Sequence record: SRR22947727_3693
Length of the DNA: 32,662 bases
Strand: one strand, 5' to 3'
Of the stretch, positions 8,703 to 17,757 are shown piece after piece; positions within the stretch are counted from its first letter, which is position 1, and every line of letters starts with the position of its first letter. The notes beneath the pieces were generated by a model. That model did no database searches. It was not told the origin of the DNA and saw nothing but the letters and a program-made list of their open reading frames with translations. The translations under genes and the position numbers were made by a program.

Positions 8703-9332
8703 ATGAGAGCTTTTATTGTTCCTTTTTCGTTTTGCAATCTGTCTAGTGTTGAGCGTGCTCTTCGTGATATTGGTGTTGATCCTTTAGTATTAACAAATCA
8801 GAGCATCGTAAATAAAACCGACATGATCATTCTTCCTGGAGTTGGCACTTTCGGTGAGGGTATGGCTTTTCTAAAAAAGTCTGGTCTTCTCTCTTTATTA
8901 AGAAGCCATCATACGTCGAAGGGATATTTCTTAGGAATATGCTTGGGCATGCAACTCTTTTTTCAAACCAGTGAAGAAACACATGGGGTTGATGGATTGG
9001 GATTTATACCTGGTAAAGTGAAAAGACTAGATAGTAATGATTTTAAGCTACTTCCACATATGGGTTGGAATTCTGTTGTGCTTACGAATAAGCTTAAATT
9101 TTCTAAAATAAACCACAAGTCATTCATGCACTATTTGCAGGCAGACTATTACTTCGTTCATAATTATTTTTGTGATCCAGCTGACCAAGCCTTGGTGTGT
9201 GGCGCTGTGCAAGGATTGAATCGTCGACTACCGGTAGTGGTTATCTCAGAAAATATCATAGGAGTACAGTTTCATCCTGAAAAAAGCGGTTTTACCGGTA
9301 CATGTCTATTGCACTCTATATTTAACAAATGA
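8703..9332 (+). CDS. hisH: Glutamine amidotransferase, HisH paralog (WbuY-like)
   Basis: ILPGVGTF, GICLGMQL, PHMGWN, YYFVHNY and VQFHPEKSG, with the catalytic Cys-His-Glu present. Confidence 0.92.
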   Translation: MRAFIVPFSFCNLSSVERALRDIGVDPLVLTNQSIVNKTDMIILPGVGTFGEGMAFLKKSGLLSLLRSHHTSKGYFLGICLGMQLFFQTSEETHGVDGLGFIPGKVKRLDSNDFKLLPHMGWNSVVLTNKLKFSKINHKSFMHYLQADYYFVHNYFCDPADQALVCGAVQGLNRRLPVVVISENIIGVQFHPEKSGFTGTCLLHSIFNK

Positions 9333-10111
9333 AACCAAGAGTAATACCCTTGGCACTGCTAAAAGGTGATTCACTGGTATGTACCAGTCAGAAGTTTGTG
9401 CCTTGGCGCTCTTTTGGTCCCTTAGTACAGTTCCTTAAGCTTCAGATATCTCGGGGTGCAGATGAGTTAATAGTGCTTGATATTGACGCTACGCGTACCA
9501 GCAAGCCGATTTCAAGTAGAACCCTAGCCTTGATAAGTTCGTTAACCAATATTCCAGTTGCTGTAGGCGGTTTTATTTGCACTCCAGAATCTGCTTCTAA
9601 TTGCATTAGAAATGGCGCTGACAAGATAATTATTGGTTCTTTATTCTTGGATAACCCTGGGAAAGTCAGTGACATCTCTAATGTTATTGGTGCACAGAGT
9701 GTAACCCTTAAGCTTGATTATTCGTTTTCCGATGAAATTGGTGAGTTTGTTTTATTTGACTACCGTTCTGGCTCTAATACTACAATTACTTTAAAGGAGG
9801 CAATTACTATGCTCAATAGTCTTGAGTTTGGTGAAATAGTTTTATCTTCCGTGGATCATGATGGAAAGATGAAGGGAATTGACTTCTCTGTACTTGATTT
9901 GACCGAAGACATCTGTCGACCTGTAATCTTGTCTGGTGGTGCAGGTTCTGATATTGATTTTATCAAGGGTTTTAGAGGGCAGCAGCTTAGCGGTATAGCA
10001 GCAAGCACACTGTTCGCGTATACGAAACATACTCCACTAACAATTAAAAAATCTCTTGAAGAGTCTGGGATTCCAACGCGACAATCAATTAGTAAGTATG
10101 CTAATTTTTAG
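9329..10111 (+). CDS. hisF: HisF-family cyclase paralog (WbuZ-like)
   Basis: PRVIP, GADELIVLDIDA, IPVAVGG, GADKII, SVDHDGKMKG and VILSGGAG. ATGA overlap with hisH. Confidence 0.9.
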   Translation: MKPRVIPLALLKGDSLVCTSQKFVPWRSFGPLVQFLKLQISRGADELIVLDIDATRTSKPISSRTLALISSLTNIPVAVGGFICTPESASNCIRNGADKIIIGSLFLDNPGKVSDISNVIGAQSVTLKLDYSFSDEIGEFVLFDYRSGSNTTITLKEAITMLNSLEFGEIVLSSVDHDGKMKGIDFSVLDLTEDICRPVILSGGAGSDIDFIKGFRGQQLSGIAASTLFAYTKHTPLTIKKSLEESGIPTRQSISKYANF

Positions 10112-10399
10112 ATGATGCCATACCATCAGATTTCTATATCAACACTTGATTTTATTTTCTCCATGGTCAGATAGATTCTGCCAAAATTTTGCAATGTCTG
10201 TCAGGTTATTGATATCTGTATCTTGCGGCTCATGTAGCATTCTTATTACAGATCTAGTCTTGGTTATGTCTTGTTCTGATAGACATGCATTTACATTGAT
10301 ATGCTCTTAGCTCTATGTGCAAGTACATTATGAGTTAGGTCTTAAAATGACCAAGGTATTCTGGAATGCATTAAAATAAACGAGCAATATTAGTACGCA

Positions 10400-11395
10400 A
10401 TGCTTATAGTCGAATTGTGCAAGCTCCTAGGCCTTGATTCAGTCGGATGTTATCCGACTGAATTAGACAAAAGTCTTATTGAACAAGTAAATAGCGAGAT
10501 AAATTTGGCTTTAGAAAAAGGACAAGAGCAAGGTGTCTATCAATCTCTAGACGATCTTGTCGGACTAAGGCTTGCTGCCGAACCTGAGTCACACAAAGGT
10601 TTGTCGGATTGTTACAAGCGTAAGGCGTTTGAATATATCCGGTCTAATCAGGTAATAAGCGAGCAGCATGCGGCAAGGGCCGGTCTTACGTGGCGTACTA
10701 CAAGTAAATATTACGGATCTTATGCAAGAGTTCGAGTAAATAATAGTGGCAATAAAATGAGCGACTTAGTTGCTCTAATACTTACTGAACTTCGAAATCT
10801 TCACAACAATGGCGATAAATTCCCAGAGTTAAATATTGGAAATGAAAGTTTAATTACACGTCTCATTGCTGAATCTCTGGTTAATGACAATTCTGAAGCT
10901 CTACAAAGTGTTGTTGGGAATGTTGATGACCCTAGTCACCTGTTTTGTGCCGGTCAAGCAAAGCTTCATCCACCAAATTCAGCATATTCAGCAAGATGTT
11001 GGCATATTGACGGAAATCCAGATTACAGCAAAGCAATTATATATTTGGACGATGTAGTTGACAATGACGGTGCTTTTCAAGTTTCACCTTGGTCTGGATG
11101 TGGTGAAAGGTTTAAAGTTGATCACTTTTCCAAATTATCCATGATGATTCCATATGAGGAAAAGATTGGAAGCATCAAAAATAAACTTTCAAAAGCGAAT
11201 ATGGGCTACTTGAGGTTGTCTGATAAATGCTTTGGTGCCTATGCAGAAAAACATCCACTAGGTAAATATGATCTTATTGCCTGCGAGAGACTTCGTGGTG
11301 CTCTCTTTAATGGAACGATCACCCCACACTGCGGTGGGGGAAATATTCGACATGAAAGGCCTGTATTACAATTATTGCTCAAGGGACTAAAATAA
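10400..11395 (+). CDS. Putative Fe(II)/2-oxoglutarate-dependent oxygenase (PhyH-like C-terminal domain)
   Basis: WHID (HxD), K.IIYLDDV..DGAF, distal PHCGG followed by R-P-V-L, consistent with a facial triad and 2OG-binding Arg. Confidence 0.65.
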   Translation: MLIVELCKLLGLDSVGCYPTELDKSLIEQVNSEINLALEKGQEQGVYQSLDDLVGLRLAAEPESHKGLSDCYKRKAFEYIRSNQVISEQHAARAGLTWRTTSKYYGSYARVRVNNSGNKMSDLVALILTELRNLHNNGDKFPELNIGNESLITRLIAESLVNDNSEALQSVVGNVDDPSHLFCAGQAKLHPPNSAYSARCWHIDGNPDYSKAIIYLDDVVDNDGAFQVSPWSGCGERFKVDHFSKLSMMIPYEEKIGSIKNKLSKANMGYLRLSDKCFGAYAEKHPLGKYDLIACERLRGALFNGTITPHCGGGNIRHERPVLQLLLKGLK

Positions 11396-11398
11396 AAT

Positions 11399-12715
11399 CT
11401 ATTCAGTTCGTTTTTGAGATTTCAATTGCTGTTCATAGGGAGTCACGAAGAAGATTTCAGATGAAGGTGGATGGTCCTCAAGTACAGGAGCCTTTATTGG
11501 AAGAAGGTTATGTCTACCAATCGAATAAATGATAGCGGCTGGGTCTAGGCCCCAATTCCAATGAGCGTAGCGGAAGCATGTTTGTATATATGAGGAAGTA
11601 GTTGAAAAGGCCTCTAAGTGTCTTTTGGCTGCAAAAAGAAATCCAGCGGAGATACAGGATTGGAAGTCATTTGAGGATGATCTAAAAGTCTGAACATGAT
11701 TAGGAAGCATATCTTGATCTAATATTAATTTCTTAATAAGAAGACTTAGAGAGATATTGTCTAGCATCAAATCTACATCTAGAAGAAGTATGCCATCTTT
11801 CTCTTGCATAAGAAAGGAAGGTAGCAGAATATACTTCAGACAGCAAGACATTGTCTTATGTAAGTGTGTACTATTTTGAGTATCTAGGTATACTGTTGTG
11901 ATGTTTATGTTTGGAAGTAGGCAGTTAGAATAGTGAACTGAATTTTGACAAGTTTGTGAGTTTGATTTAAGAAGTAAAACGATAAAACTAACATCAGGTT
12001 CCGCATGTGCCAAGGAAAATAGACGTGGATAGAATATAGAGAGATAGTCTTCTTCCAGTGATATTAAAACTGTATATTTAGAAGCTCTTTTTGGTTTTGC
12101 TTTAGATGGGTCAAAGGAAAGCAACTTGTGCAGTGAGGATGATTTTATTAGTTCTTGGGTGGTTGTAGTTATCGAAAAGTTGCTAGCTCGTCTCAAGCAT
12201 GTGCTTGCAAAAGAAGTATCAGAAGAATTCCCTTGGTTGTTAGTTATAAATTGTCTTGCGGTTTTCATGATTTCTGTCATTGCTTTTATATAAGAGTGGA
12301 CATCATTATTGAAAGTGTGCTCGAAGGTTTCAATGTATAAATTTACGAGGCATCTAAGTTCTTGCTCTAATCGTAACTTTGACAAGAAAGAGGTTAGTTT
12401 TTTCTCGGAGAACAGTCTGATTGTGCCCGTTCCATAAAGATTGAGGATTAGTAAAAGTATTTGATACTTAAAACTTTTAGACTCACTATTATGGATACGT
12501 GCACTAGCTTGTTCTAATAACTCGTTGAAATGTGATCCGAGTCCTGTTCCTCGAGGGTCGCTACAAAATGCTTCTAGCGTAAGACTATATGCGTCATCAT
12601 CTAGTCTGCTGAAGCTGATTTCTACTGCAAGATCGACAATTTTCTTGTAATCTCTTTGTTTACAGAGATTTAAAAGAAGTTCCTTGATATTATTATATTT
12701 TTTCGATGCCTCCAT
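11399..12715 (-). CDS. Hypothetical protein with a putative C-terminal GT-A (nucleotide-diphospho-sugar transferase) domain
   Basis: 438-aa ORF convergent with the preceding gene. Contains ILLLDVD (DxD), SAGFLF and WGLDPAAI (resembling W..DQ..L). Helical N-terminal half. Confidence 0.6.
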   Translation of the reverse strand: MEASKKYNNIKELLLNLCKQRDYKKIVDLAVEISFSRLDDDAYSLTLEAFCSDPRGTGLGSHFNELLEQASARIHNSESKSFKYQILLLILNLYGTGTIRLFSEKKLTSFLSKLRLEQELRCLVNLYIETFEHTFNNDVHSYIKAMTEIMKTARQFITNNQGNSSDTSFASTCLRRASNFSITTTTQELIKSSSLHKLLSFDPSKAKPKRASKYTVLISLEEDYLSIFYPRLFSLAHAEPDVSFIVLLLKSNSQTCQNSVHYSNCLLPNINITTVYLDTQNSTHLHKTMSCCLKYILLPSFLMQEKDGILLLDVDLMLDNISLSLLIKKLILDQDMLPNHVQTFRSSSNDFQSCISAGFLFAAKRHLEAFSTTSSYIQTCFRYAHWNWGLDPAAIIYSIGRHNLLPIKAPVLEDHPPSSEIFFVTPYEQQLKSQKRTE

Positions 12716-12729
12716 GTCTTCACTGCAAA

Positions 12730-12738
12730 TGGTAGAAT
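12730..12738 (+). promoter_or_regulatory. Putative extended -10 promoter (TG-G-TAGAAT) in a 45-bp divergent intergenic region
   Basis: Motif match upstream of AGGA (12752-12755) and the TTG start at 12761. Confidence 0.35.
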
Positions 12739-12760
12739 ATACTACTATAGCAGGAATGTT

Positions 12761-14266
12761 TTGGAAAGAACTCTAATATTGAATATATATCCGTATAATA
12801 CAAGAATTGACTTGGCTCATGGTGTATTAGGAACGACTAAAATTTCTTCCGAAAAATTAGCTTTGGCTGAATCTACATATCTCTCAAGTAATACACCGGT
12901 AGAGGTAATCGAAAAATATAGTTTTCAGCAAGCTTTTATACGATGGACTGAAATACGTTCATGGATTTTAAATAAAACACAAGATTTGTCATCTGTATTG
13001 CCTTATGCAAAAGAAGATGCAAAGAAAAAAGTTATGCGAGCAATGAATTTAGAATTAGATTACATTCTTAGTGATAAATTTATGGATATGGCACGAGTAA
13101 ATGTCTTAAGGTGGCTTGCAGTATCCGATAAGTACGCTGCAGATGGATACATTACGGAAGTTGCCCGGTTCTGGAAGTCTTATTATGCAGTTTTTGACAT
13201 AACATCGATCTTTTGTGGCCTTCATCCACATAGTCTTGAGGACCTAATCGGTTGTTTGGTTGCTGTGGAAGAGGGAAGATTGTGCCGGACATTGGTCGGG
13301 GGGTCACTAAATATCTTCGGTCTTGTTTGTTGGGAAAGTGGCCATCTTTTGAATATTAACTGTAACCAAACTAACAAAATTCAGGGTATGATTTCTGACT
13401 ATTGGCAGAAAAGTCGCCAAAGTGGCTTCTATATGGGCTCTGGATACATGGGGGCAATGCAGAAGCAAACGAACCTAGGCTTGGTCCTAGCCAAGAAAAA
13501 AATTCTTGAAGAATATGTTTCAATGAGCAGACATAATGTTTCATCATTGTATACTGACTTGATTCGTGAATATCAAACATTTGCTATAAGTTTAGCTGAA
13601 GCTGCTCAGAGGATTAATGGCAGGAAGTGTTATTACTTACCTTGGCAAGCGCAACCGGAGGCAACCACGGTTCCAGGTGCCATGGAATGGCACCATCAAG
13701 TACAAACGACTCTGATTGTTAGGGAAAGGATTGAAAGTGATGCAGTCTTGTTAGTAAAAGAGCATCCATACCAGTTTCTCGTTTATGGTGAACTTCCCGA
13801 TTACACTAGAAAATCTGCAATACGAGATTCACGTGATGTTGGTTGCTATCAAAAGATCAGTGATTTACAAAATACGTTTATTCTTGACATCTCTGTAAAG
13901 AGTAGTGCAATTTTAAACCTCTTGAAACCAGAGGTTTTCGCTAGTACTGGCTCCACTGGCATGGAGGCATATGTTTCCGGAAATAATGTACACCAACTAT
14001 CAAATACGCTTAGTCTCTCCGGAGAGTTTCTTGAGCAAGAAGGGCTTATACCAGTTGTAACTATTGAAGATAGGCTTAAGAGAGCAATCGCATATTTCAG
14101 CAAAAGGTGTATTATTCGCCAGGAAGGATTATCTGTCCATGGTAGTAAAATCGAGTCTGGTGACCTCTTTGAAACAGAGGCTATAGAGATTGCTGATAGT
14201 AATACTTTGAAAACGTGGTGTAAAATCCTGGGTGCTGCAATATCGGCCTCTGCTTATACTATTTAA
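12761..14266 (+). CDS. KpsS/Capsule_synth-like protein, putative ulosonic-acid transferase
   Basis: C-terminal YYLPWQAQPEATT, LLVKEHPYQ and STGSTGMEA motifs. TTG start with upstream AGGA. Confidence 0.65.
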   Translation: MERTLILNIYPYNTRIDLAHGVLGTTKISSEKLALAESTYLSSNTPVEVIEKYSFQQAFIRWTEIRSWILNKTQDLSSVLPYAKEDAKKKVMRAMNLELDYILSDKFMDMARVNVLRWLAVSDKYAADGYITEVARFWKSYYAVFDITSIFCGLHPHSLEDLIGCLVAVEEGRLCRTLVGGSLNIFGLVCWESGHLLNINCNQTNKIQGMISDYWQKSRQSGFYMGSGYMGAMQKQTNLGLVLAKKKILEEYVSMSRHNVSSLYTDLIREYQTFAISLAEAAQRINGRKCYYLPWQAQPEATTVPGAMEWHHQVQTTLIVRERIESDAVLLVKEHPYQFLVYGELPDYTRKSAIRDSRDVGCYQKISDLQNTFILDISVKSSAILNLLKPEVFASTGSTGMEAYVSGNNVHQLSNTLSLSGEFLEQEGLIPVVTIEDRLKRAIAYFSKRCIIRQEGLSVHGSKIESGDLFETEAIEIADSNTLKTWCKILGAAISASAYTI

Positions 14267-14317
14267 TCTTCAATCTGCAAAACGTACAGTTCTCGTCTAT
14301 TTACATGCTAAGCTAAA

Positions 14318-15178
14318 ATGTTAGAATCTATGGTTGGTTACAAAAATGGGATTGCAAAAGTGTTCTTGGTATTAGGTCAAAATGGAAATTTAGCGCGTCG
14401 TTTCTCTCAGGGTCGTTATCAATTGGTAGATTGCCTGCCCTGTGAACCTGACTCGTTGGAAGTCGTACTCAAGAAAAAGAATTATAAGGGGATCGTGTAT
14501 ACGGGCTTTGCTTCTCACAAACAACCCAACGATTTCTTATCTTCTAAAGAGTACTCTAAGCAGGCATTAGGTAGGTTGGAGAAATGCTTAGATGTTCTCA
14601 GGTCTCATTCTTTATGGAAAGGTACTTTTATTTACTGTAGTAGTGCGGCCGTTTATGGGGAGGGGTATTGTATCAGCGAGGATTCACCTGTTGAACTTGA
14701 TTCTATCTATAGCCAAGTTAAGTTTCAGGCTGAGATGCTCTGCAAGGATATGCTAAATGGTACTCCTGGATGCTTGACAATTGCTCGTATATTTAATATT
14801 TTTGGTGGGTATGATAGCAAGTCAATAGTCTCTAGGATATTAACCAGTATCAAGGAAGGGTCTGTTCTCAAGGTTGCTAACAGGGGGACATCAATTAGAG
14901 ACTTTATACATGTCGATGATGTGAAAGACTGTCTTGCAAGATTGGCAATGCTGGACTCACCACCTAGTGTTATAAATATTGCATCTGGTAGGGGTGTTCG
15001 TATTAGCGAATTAATAGCAACAGCCAAGAGTTCATCAAATGGCAGATTGTTAATTGATGATAATGAGGTTGTTGAGCAGCCTGTCTCTATAGCGGATATT
15101 AAGTTACTAAAGAATTTATGTGATGTTAGTCAGTTTGTTGGTGTTTTGGACTACATGGCGAACCAAGCACCAGCTTAA
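14318..15178 (+). CDS. NAD-dependent epimerase/dehydratase (extended SDR)
   Basis: SSAAVYG, YxxxK (YSQVK), RIFNIFG, RDFIHVDD and NIASG. The Gly-rich motif is degenerate (VLGQNGNLA). Confidence 0.85.
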   Translation: MLESMVGYKNGIAKVFLVLGQNGNLARRFSQGRYQLVDCLPCEPDSLEVVLKKKNYKGIVYTGFASHKQPNDFLSSKEYSKQALGRLEKCLDVLRSHSLWKGTFIYCSSAAVYGEGYCISEDSPVELDSIYSQVKFQAEMLCKDMLNGTPGCLTIARIFNIFGGYDSKSIVSRILTSIKEGSVLKVANRGTSIRDFIHVDDVKDCLARLAMLDSPPSVINIASGRGVRISELIATAKSSSNGRLLIDDNEVVEQPVSIADIKLLKNLCDVSQFVGVLDYMANQAPA

Positions 15179-15219
15179 GTGATATAATAGTATGTTATAT
15201 ATGTAAGCCCAGAACTCGC

Positions 15220-16671
15220 ATGGAGGAAAGTCCTAAGGGTGTAGCTATTTATGGGGCGGGGGTCGCTGGTAAGAGCTTGGCGAGATATTTATTGAATCAA
15301 TGTGATGAAAAAGTTAGTTTCTTCTTTGATGACAATCCTCAACTAGCTGGAACAGAGATTAACGGAATACCCATAGAAAGTGCTACAGAATTAGAGTCAA
15401 GGCTTGCATGTATAAAGGCTTTGTATATAGCGATGCCTTCGAGCAGCCCTAAACAAATGAATATTATTAGAGAAGCTGCATCTGAGTTAGCTATACCTGT
15501 TCTAATTGTTCCAAATGTAGGACAGATTATGCTCGGCAAGGATCTTAGTGATGTCATTGACTTAAGAGATTTAATTCGAGATGAACACACTAGAGAAATC
15601 GAAAGCTTCGATTCTTTGGCAAAGTATCAGTCTGTTTTGGTTGTCGGTGGTGCTGGATCCATTGGTTTGAAAATAGCCGAACAGTTGACGGTCAATACAG
15701 ATCTTGATGTAATAGTCTACGATAGCTCTGAGCTTGGGATTTATCATGCTAAAAAATTATTATTGTCTACTCAAAGATGGGAAGGCCGAGGTAGATGTTA
15801 TCTTGGTAATGCTATAGATCACTCGTCAATTGTTGAAGTTATCAGGCGGCACAATATTGATTTAGTAGTAAATGCAGCAGCTTACAAACATGTCGCAATT
15901 GTCGAGGAAAATCCAATTGTTGCGGCTAAGAACAATATTCTTTCTGCATGTGTTGTTGCCCAGGCTGCGATGGATTGTAATGTCAAAGATATGATCTTTA
16001 TTTCTACTGATAAGGCAGTTCGTCCAACAAGCCTTATGGGTGCTACTAAGAATGTAGGCGAGTTGATTGTCGCTATTGCCGAGCGGCAAGCGCGAGCTCG
16101 CGATTCTAATACCCGATTTTGTGCTGTTCGATTTGGAAATGTTTTAGGTTCTTCCGGATCTGTTTTACATGTATTTAGAGAGCAGCTTGAAAAAGGTGGC
16201 CCTTTAACAATCACACATAAGAATGTTAATCGGTATTTTATGACAATGGATGAGGCTGCAAGGTTAGTTCTTTTCGTTACGGGCTTTATGCAGGGCAGTA
16301 AAGTATATTTACTGAGAATGGGTGAGCCAATACTCATTCGTGATTTAGCTCAAAGGCTTGCGATGGCTCATGGATTACGGCTTGTTGATGGTGAAATTAG
16401 TAGTTCTGATGAAGTGCCTGTTATTTATACAGAACTTGGGGATTGTGAAAAAATCCAAGAAGAATTGTTGGTTACTAAGGCTTCGGAGAGTACCGACATC
16501 CAGTCTGTTTTCATGGAGAGTATAAATCTGCTAGATACGTTAAAAAGCGTTGATATTCAGTATATTTATGATCAAGTAGCTTCTAGTACTAAGCAGGAAT
16601 TACTTACCCATATTAAAGCCTGGGTCCCTAGCTGGCAAATTTCTCAATCACTTGCTAATCAAGCTAATTAA
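15220..16671 (+). CDS. CapD/PglF/WbpM-like UDP-HexNAc 4,6-dehydratase without the N-terminal membrane domain
   Basis: IYGAGVAG CoA-binding-like domain, GGAGSIG, AAAYKHV..VEENP, STDKAVRPTSLMGATK, RFGNVLGSSGSV and RYFMT. Confidence 0.92.
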   Translation: MEESPKGVAIYGAGVAGKSLARYLLNQCDEKVSFFFDDNPQLAGTEINGIPIESATELESRLACIKALYIAMPSSSPKQMNIIREAASELAIPVLIVPNVGQIMLGKDLSDVIDLRDLIRDEHTREIESFDSLAKYQSVLVVGGAGSIGLKIAEQLTVNTDLDVIVYDSSELGIYHAKKLLLSTQRWEGRGRCYLGNAIDHSSIVEVIRRHNIDLVVNAAAYKHVAIVEENPIVAAKNNILSACVVAQAAMDCNVKDMIFISTDKAVRPTSLMGATKNVGELIVAIAERQARARDSNTRFCAVRFGNVLGSSGSVLHVFREQLEKGGPLTITHKNVNRYFMTMDEAARLVLFVTGFMQGSKVYLLRMGEPILIRDLAQRLAMAHGLRLVDGEISSSDEVPVIYTELGDCEKIQEELLVTKASESTDIQSVFMESINLLDTLKSVDIQYIYDQVASSTKQELLTHIKAWVPSWQISQSLANQAN

Positions 16672-16806
16672 ATCCTTAATTAGCGTTTAAGTCGTTTCTT
16701 GTTGCTATCCATGATTTGTGCTTTTTGTTTGTCTTTTGTTGGTAATATATTTCGCAGATATGCTGCTACATCGAGATGCTAAGATTTTAAAAAGTCTTTG
16801 TTATTG

Positions 16807-17757
16807 ATGAATCCTATTATGATTTGTGGGGTTACCGGTCCCACCGGTTCATACTTGGCTTCTATAGCCCTTAGGCTTGGTTATGAAGTTGTAGGTGTTT
16901 CGCGAAGTGCAGATGTCTGTGATAGGTCACGTCTTCAAAAGCTAGGTATCAGTCACATCCCTATTGACAGCTGTGATTATAACGATCCGATGGCTATCAC
17001 CAATTTAATTATAAGACATAAGCCAATGTGTATTGTCTTTTTAGGTGGTCAATCTAGTGTTGCTGCTTCTTTCGAGAGGCCAATGGAGACCTTGATCTCG
17101 TCAGCAATTGTCGTACAGAACTTTGTTGAGACTATCCGTACAAATTCATTCAATATTCGTTTTATTCATGCTTCTAGTTCCGAAATTTATGGAAACCGCG
17201 CTCACATCGGTCGTGCTAATGAGATGTCAAGTCATAGTCCCTTGAGTCCATATGCTATAGGTAAATCAACGGCGTCTCAGATTGTCAAGCTTTATCGAGA
17301 CGCATATGGTCTGCGATGTGTTAATGCGTTCTTATCTAATCATGAATCAATACTTCGTGGAAAAAGGTTTGTTCTTGGCAAGGTTCGCGAAGGTATTAAA
17401 ATGATTAAGCGTGGCGAAGAATCTGAGCTCATTCTTGGTAATATCGACATCTCTAGAGATTGGGGATGGGCTCCTGATTATAGTGATGCACTTATGCGAA
17501 TGATCACTGATAAAAAGGATAGTGACTATATTATTGCCACAGGTGAGTCCATCACACTCCGACAGATGGTGGAGGAAATGTTTCGCTTGAGTGACTTAAA
17601 TCCGCGCGTTTATCTAAAAGTGTCTTCAATAGTGCGACCCCTTGAGCTCAAGGAATCCTTACTTGACCCTAGCCATATTGAGGAATCACTGGGATGGCGC
17701 GCTACCGTTAAAGGCCTTGATGTAGCGTCTAAATTGATGGAAGAAGCGTTATGGTGA
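16807..17757 (+). CDS. gmd: GDP-mannose 4,6-dehydratase family protein
   Basis: GVTGPTGSYLA, QSSVAASF..P, ASSSEIYG, SPYAIGK, NHES..RG and LGNIDISRDWGWAPDY. ATG at 16807 preferred; TTG at 16798 is possible. Confidence 0.85.
   Translation: MNPIMICGVTGPTGSYLASIALRLGYEVVGVSRSADVCDRSRLQKLGISHIPIDSCDYNDPMAITNLIIRHKPMCIVFLGGQSSVAASFERPMETLISSAIVVQNFVETIRTNSFNIRFIHASSSEIYGNRAHIGRANEMSSHSPLSPYAIGKSTASQIVKLYRDAYGLRCVNAFLSNHESILRGKRFVLGKVREGIKMIKRGEESELILGNIDISRDWGWAPDYSDALMRMITDKKDSDYIIATGESITLRQMVEEMFRLSDLNPRVYLKVSSIVRPLELKESLLDPSHIEESLGWRATVKGLDVASKLMEEALW

Noticed and set aside
8703-10111. hisH/hisF as histidine-biosynthesis genes
   Set aside because: They are divergent, AT-rich and coupled to a sugar amidotransferase, matching the WbuXYZ-type ammonia-delivery arrangement.
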